DNA of 64,000 nucleotides from the human T2T-CHM13v2.0 reference genome, Homo sapiens. The DNA lies in NCBI RefSeq assembly GCF_009914755.1, contig NC_060926.1. One strand, given 5' to 3'. The position numbers were made by a program, and so were the translations under genes. Shown here piece by piece: positions 57,865 to 64,000 of this stretch (position 1 is its first letter; every line of letters begins with the position of its first letter). The notes beneath the pieces are model-generated. The model ran no database searches. It had not been told where the DNA came from and saw only the letters and a list, made by a program, of their open reading frames with translations.

Positions 57865-60800
57865 GGGGTGGGGGGCTGACAACACCAAATGATACACAAG
57901 ATCAACAGACCACTAGCTAGACTAAGAAAGAAAAAAAAGAGAGGAGATCCAAATAAGGACAATTAGAAATGACAAGGTGACATTACAACTGATCCTACAG
58001 AAATACAAAAGACTTCTGTGCACACTAACTAGAAACTCTAGAGAAATGGATAACTTCCTAGAAACACAGACCCTCCCAAGGTTGAATCATAAAGAAACTG
58101 AAGCCCTCAACAGCCCAATATTGAGTTCTAAAACTGAATTGGTAATTTAAAAAAATCTACCAATCAAAAAAAGCCCTGGACTAGATGGATTCACAGCCAA
58201 ATTCTACCAGACATACAGAGAAGAGCTAGTACCAATCCTACTGAAATTATTCCAAAAAATTAAAGAGGAGGGATTCCCTCTTCTGTAAAGCCAGCATCAT
58301 CCTGACACCAAAACCTAGTGAGGTCACAACAACAAAAAAAGCAAACTAAAGGCCAATATCCCTGATGAACAGAGATGCAAATATCCTCAACAAAATACTA
58401 GCAAACGGAATCTCACAGCAAACCAAAAAGTTAATCCTCCACATTCAATTAGGCTTTATTCCTGGGATGCAAGATCAGTTCAACATGCACAAATCAATAA
58501 ATGTGAGTCACCACATAAACAGAATTAAAAACCATATGATCATCTCAATAGATGCAGAAAAAGCCTTTGATAAAATCCAACATCCTTTCATGATAAAAAC
58601 CCTCAATAAACTATGCATTGAAGAAATACATCTCAAAATAATAAAAGCTATCTATAGACAAACCCACAGCCAACATTATGCTGAACAGGCAAATGCTAAA
58701 AGTATTCCCCTTAAGAACTGGAAAAAAACAAGGATAGCCACTCTCACCACTTGTATTCAACATAGTACTAAAAGTCCTAGCAAGAACCATCAGGCAAGAA
58801 AAAGAAATAAAAGGCATAGAATTAGAAAAAGGAGGAGTCAAATTATTGCTCTTCGTTGACTTTATGTTTCTATACCTAGACAACCCTAAAGCCTCCACCA
58901 AAAGGCTTCTAGAACTGATAAATTACATTAGTAAAATGTCAGGGTAAAAAAATCAATATACAAAAATAAGTTGCATTTCCAAACACCGATGACACTCAAA
59001 CTGAGAGCCAAATAAAGAACATATTCCCATTTATAATGGCCATAAAAAATACCTAAAACTACACCTAAGCAAAAAGGTGAAAGATACCTACAAAGAGAGC
59101 TATAAAACACTGCTGAAAGAAATAACAGAAGACATAAAGTAATGGAAAAACATTCCATCGTCATATTTAAAATGTTAAAATGGCCATACAGCCCAAAGCA
59201 ATCTACAAATTCAATGCTATTCATATCAAACTACCAATGTCAATTTTCACAGAATAGAAAAAAACTAAAGTTCATATGGAAACAAAAAAAAGCCCAATTA
59301 GCTACAGCAATTCTAAGCAAAAAGAAAAAATCCAGAGATACTACATTACCTGTCTTCAAACTACACTACAAGGCTGCAGTAAACAAAACAGCATGGTACT
59401 AGTACAGAAACAGACACATGGACCAATGGAACAGAATAGAGATTCCAGAAATAAGGTCACATACCTATAGCCTTCTGATCTTCAACAAAACACGCAATGG
59501 GGAAAGAACTACCTATTTAATAAATGATGCTAGGATAACTTGCTAGCCATATGCAGAAGAATGAAACTGAACCATACCTTTCACCATATACAAAAATTAA
59601 CTCAAGATGAATTAAAGACTTAAACCTAAGGCCTAAAACTATAAAAATCCTAGAAGAAAACCTAGGAAATACAATTCTGAGTATCGGCCTCAGAAAAAAA
59701 ATTATGACTAAGTCCTCAAAAGTAACTGCAACTAACACAAAAATTGAAAAGTAGGACGTAATTAAACTAAAGAGCTTCTGCACAACAAAAGAAACTATCA
59801 ATAAACAGACAACCTACAAAATGGGAGAAAATATTCACAAACTATGCCTCCAACAAAGGCCTAATACCAAGAATCCATAATGAACTTAATCAATTCAACA
59901 AGGAAAAAACAAATAACCCCATTAAAAAGTGGGCAAAGGACATGAACAGACATTTCTCAAAAGAAGACACACAAGTGGCCAACAAGCATGCACATCACAG
60001 ATAATCACAGGAATGCAATCAAATTGACAATGAAATATCATCTCATACTAGTCAGAATGTCTATTATTAAAAAGTCAAAAAAATAACAGATGCTGGTGAA
60101 GCTGCAGAGAAAAGGAAATGCGTATACACTGTTGGTGGTCATGTAAATTAGTTCAGTAACTGGAGAAAGCAGTTTGGAGACTTCTCAGAGAACTTAAAAC
60201 AAAGAATCTACAAAACAATGTATTTTCCTTTGGGTATATACCCAGTAATGGGATTGCTACCATTCAATCCAGCAATCCCATTACTGTGTATATATCCAAC
60301 GGAAAATAAATTGCTCTATCAAAAAGACACATGCATTCATACGTTCCTTGCAGCACTATTTATAATAGCAAAGACACAGAATCAACTTAGGTGCCCATCA
60401 ACAGTGGAATGGATAAAGAAAACGTGGTACATATACATCATAGAGTACTATGCAGCTGTAAAAAAACAGGGAAATCATGCCCTTTGCCACAACATGGATG
60501 CAGCCAGAGGCCATCATCCTAGGTGAATATTGACACAGAAACAGAAAACCAAATATTGCACATTCTCATTTGTAAGAGGGAGCCAAACATTGGGCACACA
60601 TGGACATAAAGATGGGAGCAACAGACACTGGAGACTACTGCAGGGGAGGGAGAGAAGGGGAAAAGGGCTGAAAAACTACCTACTGGGTATTATGGTCACT
60701 ACCTGGGTGAGGAGAATCAATTATACCCCAAACCTTAGTATCATGTAATATACCCATGCAACAGACAGGCACATGTACCCCCTGAATCTAAAAAAATGAA

Positions 60801-60999
60801 ATTAGAAAAATAAATTGGCCTGCCAAAAACCAGTACAGAGTTAGCTCTCCTAGCTCTTCATTCTGATTTAAAGATGTCTTAGAAATACCTTTTAAACAAA
60901 ACTTTCATTAAAAAAAAATGCATCTGTCATACTTAACAAAGAAGAAACTATTAAAAAGTTTGTATATCAAACACTTCAAATTTTAAGAAGAAATCATAC

Positions 61000-61054
61000 C
61001 TGAAAGGAAGGCTAGTTTTTTCTTCAGAATGGGTAATATTACTGAGGCCTCCAT
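61000..61054 (-). CDS. SESTD1: SESTD1 coding exon 1 (MEASVILPILKKKLAFLS-G); full exon about 61000-61079 including 25 nt of 5'UTR
   Basis: Acceptor ttctgtgttttcag before 61079; strong Kozak context AAAATGG; donor CAG|GTATGA; phase 1. Confidence 0.95.
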
Positions 61055-61156
61055 TTTACTCCAGTGAACTTCCTTAATTCTGAAAACACAGAAAGTCAAA
61101 TGTCAACTACAAGACAACAATTATTCCACGAAATATATCCTAATGATGGTTTATCC

Positions 61157-61379
61157 CAGAGTTTCTAAACCTGAGAACTACTGACATTTTGAGCAAGATA
61201 ATTCTTTTTTTGTAGGGAGTTATCCTGTGCATTGTAGAATAGTTTGCAGCATCCCTGGTCTCTCTCTACTCACTAAAAACCAATACCACCTCCCTTTCCC
61301 AGCTGTGACAACCAGAATGTCTCTAGACATGGCCAAATATCCTCTGGTAGGCAAAATCACAAGTGGTTGAGAATCACTG
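61157..61379 (-). mobile_element. MER20 (hAT-Charlie)
   Basis: actactgacatttt...tcctgtgcattgtag...tgtgacaacca.aatgtctc.agacat.gccaaat...ggttgagaatcactg. Confidence 0.87.
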
Positions 61380-62779
61380 GCTTAATTCTTTCTCAGAGCA
61401 ATACTCGGGCTAAAACACTGCCTGGTACATACTAGTAACTAAAAAATTAATTTGTTGAATAAACAAATGAATCAATCAAACAGGCAGTCAATCTTCCTTT
61501 GTGTTCCTTATTAATTACACAGCTTAATGCCAAATATCTGATTCTTTCCATTTCACTATTAAATGGCTTTTTCTGATTTCTCATATTTTTGCTCCCCTAT
61601 AACACATGGTACCACATCTTATCCTGTTTATCTCACTACATTTTCTAATACATTGTTTCAATTTTTGCCCCCATTGTTAACTGCCTCCATCTCTCTACAT
61701 TTTACAGTTTTTAATTTTCCAGGGAAAAATTTGATTAGGCCAGCTCATCTTTTTGTACCAGGCCACAATTCACTATTCTTTGATTCAGTTTTCCAGGGTC
61801 TACTCAGCCATAGCCAGGGGTTATAGCTAAATACAAAAAGGGACTACCCTTATAGCAAGGGCTAAGGGCAAGATAGTTTCCCTTAAATGGAGGTTTTGCC
61901 ATGGCAGGCATTCAGGCTTGGCCAGCCCAGTATACCATCAAATTTTGATTTTAAGGAGAGCAGGACCTTTCAAACAAAACAACAACAAAAATGAACAAAA
62001 TCAGATTCAATTCTATTATCCTCTTATACTCATGTCTGAGAGAGTATTCTCAATCACATTTTATCCCTTCCTCCCCTATCCCATCTCACACCCACCCACC
62101 ATCACAACACAGAGCAGTTCCTTGAAGTACACTGTGAAATTTTATTGTATTTAGTGAAAGCATATTCTCTTGAAGACATTTCTAGAACAGCAGAAAATAT
62201 GACTCTTTGTATGAGTATATTACTTATTCAGCAAACACCTGCTATTAACCTATCCCACCTAAGGCTGTGCTACCAGCTAGAGCTAAAAACTCCAGAAACA
62301 GCCCTGCTCTAGGGGGTGGGAAAAAAAGGCAGTCTTTAAAAAACAAACAAAAAAATAGATGTTGAGGAAAAAAAAAGATGGAGTTGTAACATTGGTCAGA
62401 TAATGGCTAATTAAACAAGACTAATTAAACCAGTATATAATTTTATAGCTTTTGAGTTTACAACTTAAAAAACACAACCATTTGCATCTGTCTTCAAAGA
62501 AAACAAGTTGTCCATCTAGATGATATATTCAAGTTCCCTTGAATATTTGCGATTTGTTTATTCAAGTTTGTTCTATATTAGCCCGGCAAACAGACTAGTA
62601 GGAAGTAGAAGGAAAAAAGCTCACAATTTACATCTTTAATCTAAAACTAGTAGCACTTCATGATGAGTTGTTATCCAGTTATACAAGAACCCAGACAGCT
62701 TGGATTCACATCTTAAATCTCCTGTCCTGTGACCAGCTTGTTGAAGACCTGATTTGAAAGTTTGATAAAGGGGTGATAA

Positions 62780-62905
62780 TAATTATTATAATTAACATTG
62801 ACTAAGTGTTTATTATAAACTATGCACTGTTTTAAACGATTTCTTTTTATTATCTTAGTCTTCACAACATTTCTACAAGGTAGGTACTATTATTTTATTA
62901 GCCCC
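62780..62905 (-). mobile_element. MIR fragment, truncated at the ERV junction
   Basis: aacattgactaagtgtttatta..tatgcactgt...tcttcacaaca...taggtactattatt. Confidence 0.65.
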
Positions 62906-62933
62906 AAACAGCTTGTTGTTTTCCAGTCCCATC

Positions 62934-64000
62934 ATGGGACAAACCCCGTCTATTCCTTCAGACTTATCTCTGGGTTGCATCCTAAAATAATGGATAAATC
63001 TGACCCTCAGACTCTCAAAAACAAAGTTTAATTTTCTTGTGTAATACAACATGGCCACCTTATAAACTTTCAGATCAGGAATCCTCCCGGCCACCAGGTG
63101 GGACCCTTGCCCCAGTACTATTTTACAGCTTGACCTTTTCTGTTGCAACTCTTTTAAATGGTCTGAAGTTCCTATTCCAGGCTTTCATAACTCACTCTCT
63201 CGGGATCCTGATCTCCACCAAATCTGCTGAATGTGCATGACTATATTCTCTGGCCCCACTGGCTCTTTTGACATTTTGGATGGCCTTTCTTTTACTCTCT
63301 CCCATTCTCCCCAACTAGCTGGATGGGTTGAGGCCACACCTTCTTCCCCTAACAAACCACCTTCACATTCAATTACACCTACTCCATCTGCTCCCTCTCT
63401 CTCACCTTCCCCTCAACATCCCAACCTTTGATGTTGTTTTCCAGTGCCTCCTCCTTATCAGGGATTCTACTCCCCTTCTCATACTAGGTCAGAGGCCACC
63501 TATGATCTCATTTTGGCCTCAGAAAAAGTTCTGCTGCTCCAGGACGTGGCAAATGGGGATCTAGGAACCATCAGAGTCCATGTTCCCTTCCTAATGTCTG
63601 ATCTTTCCCAAATAAAAACTAAGCTTTGGCTCTTTCAGTAGGGGCCCTCCTCATTTCATGAAGGAATTTACAGGACTATTGCTTCCCTCTACCTCACTTG
63701 GCAGGACATGTATATTATTTTTTACCACATATTGCACCCATGAGGAAAAATCCCACATATGGTCTCTGGCTCAAAGGTGAGCAGATGAAGTGCATACCCC
63801 AAACCCCCAGGAGTCCGGCCCTGGGAGAACGGCAATGCCTTACACTGATCTTAGGTGGGGTTATCAAGAGGGAGACCACAGAAGGAAATATCATAATCAC
63901 ATGATCACTTGCCTGATTCAGAGCATGAAAAAGGCCACATAAAACTTGTAAATTATGCCAAACTAAGGGAAATAAGACAGGGGTCAAATTAAAACCCAGC
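62934..64000 (+). mobile_element. Class I (gammaretrovirus-like/ERV1) internal gag remnant: matrix and capsid, frameshifted
   Basis: Pieced translation MGQTPSIPSDLSLGCILK / DPQTLKNK / IFLCNTTWPPYKL / TILQLDLFC..KWSEVP / VHVPFLMSDLSQIKTKL / LTWQD. These are ERV1 Gag motifs; the element runs off the window end. Confidence 0.87.

Noticed and set aside
58365-58859. 164-aa reverse-transcriptase-like ORF
   Set aside because: A fragment of a dead L1 ORF2 with surrounding stops and frameshifts; not an active or novel RT system.

Overview
Human/primate genomic DNA, AT-rich and repeat-dense, with no CpG island. It lies inside the SESTD1 gene (SEC14 and spectrin domain containing 1) on the minus strand. 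Nine consecutive coding exons (ATG at 61054 down to 1500) have GT-AG boundaries and consistent phases. They splice to 972 nt = aa 1-324 (CRAL-TRIO/SEC14 domain and start of the spectrin region). The promoter and the 3' part of the gene lie outside the window. The introns hold about 20 Alu/monomer copies, L1PB and older L1M elements, L2, MIR, hAT/Tigger DNA-transposon fossils, four solo LTRs, an AT-rich VNTR and an LTR-less class I ERV gag remnant. I see no convincing new multi-gene system. The strongest leads are structural: (i) a complex templated-insertion plus micro-inversion scar in a 5'-inverted L1PB1 that copies 43 bp from 2.8 kb away; (ii) a 33-bp intronic inverted repeat whose arms carry a 5' and a 3' splice-site motif; (iii) a 43-bp fold-back duplication in a second L1; (iv) a palindromic AT-rich VNTR; (v) an ERV gag lacking its 5' LTR. 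Repeat subfamily names come from recalled consensus sequences, and repeat boundaries without a target-site duplication (TSD) are approximate.
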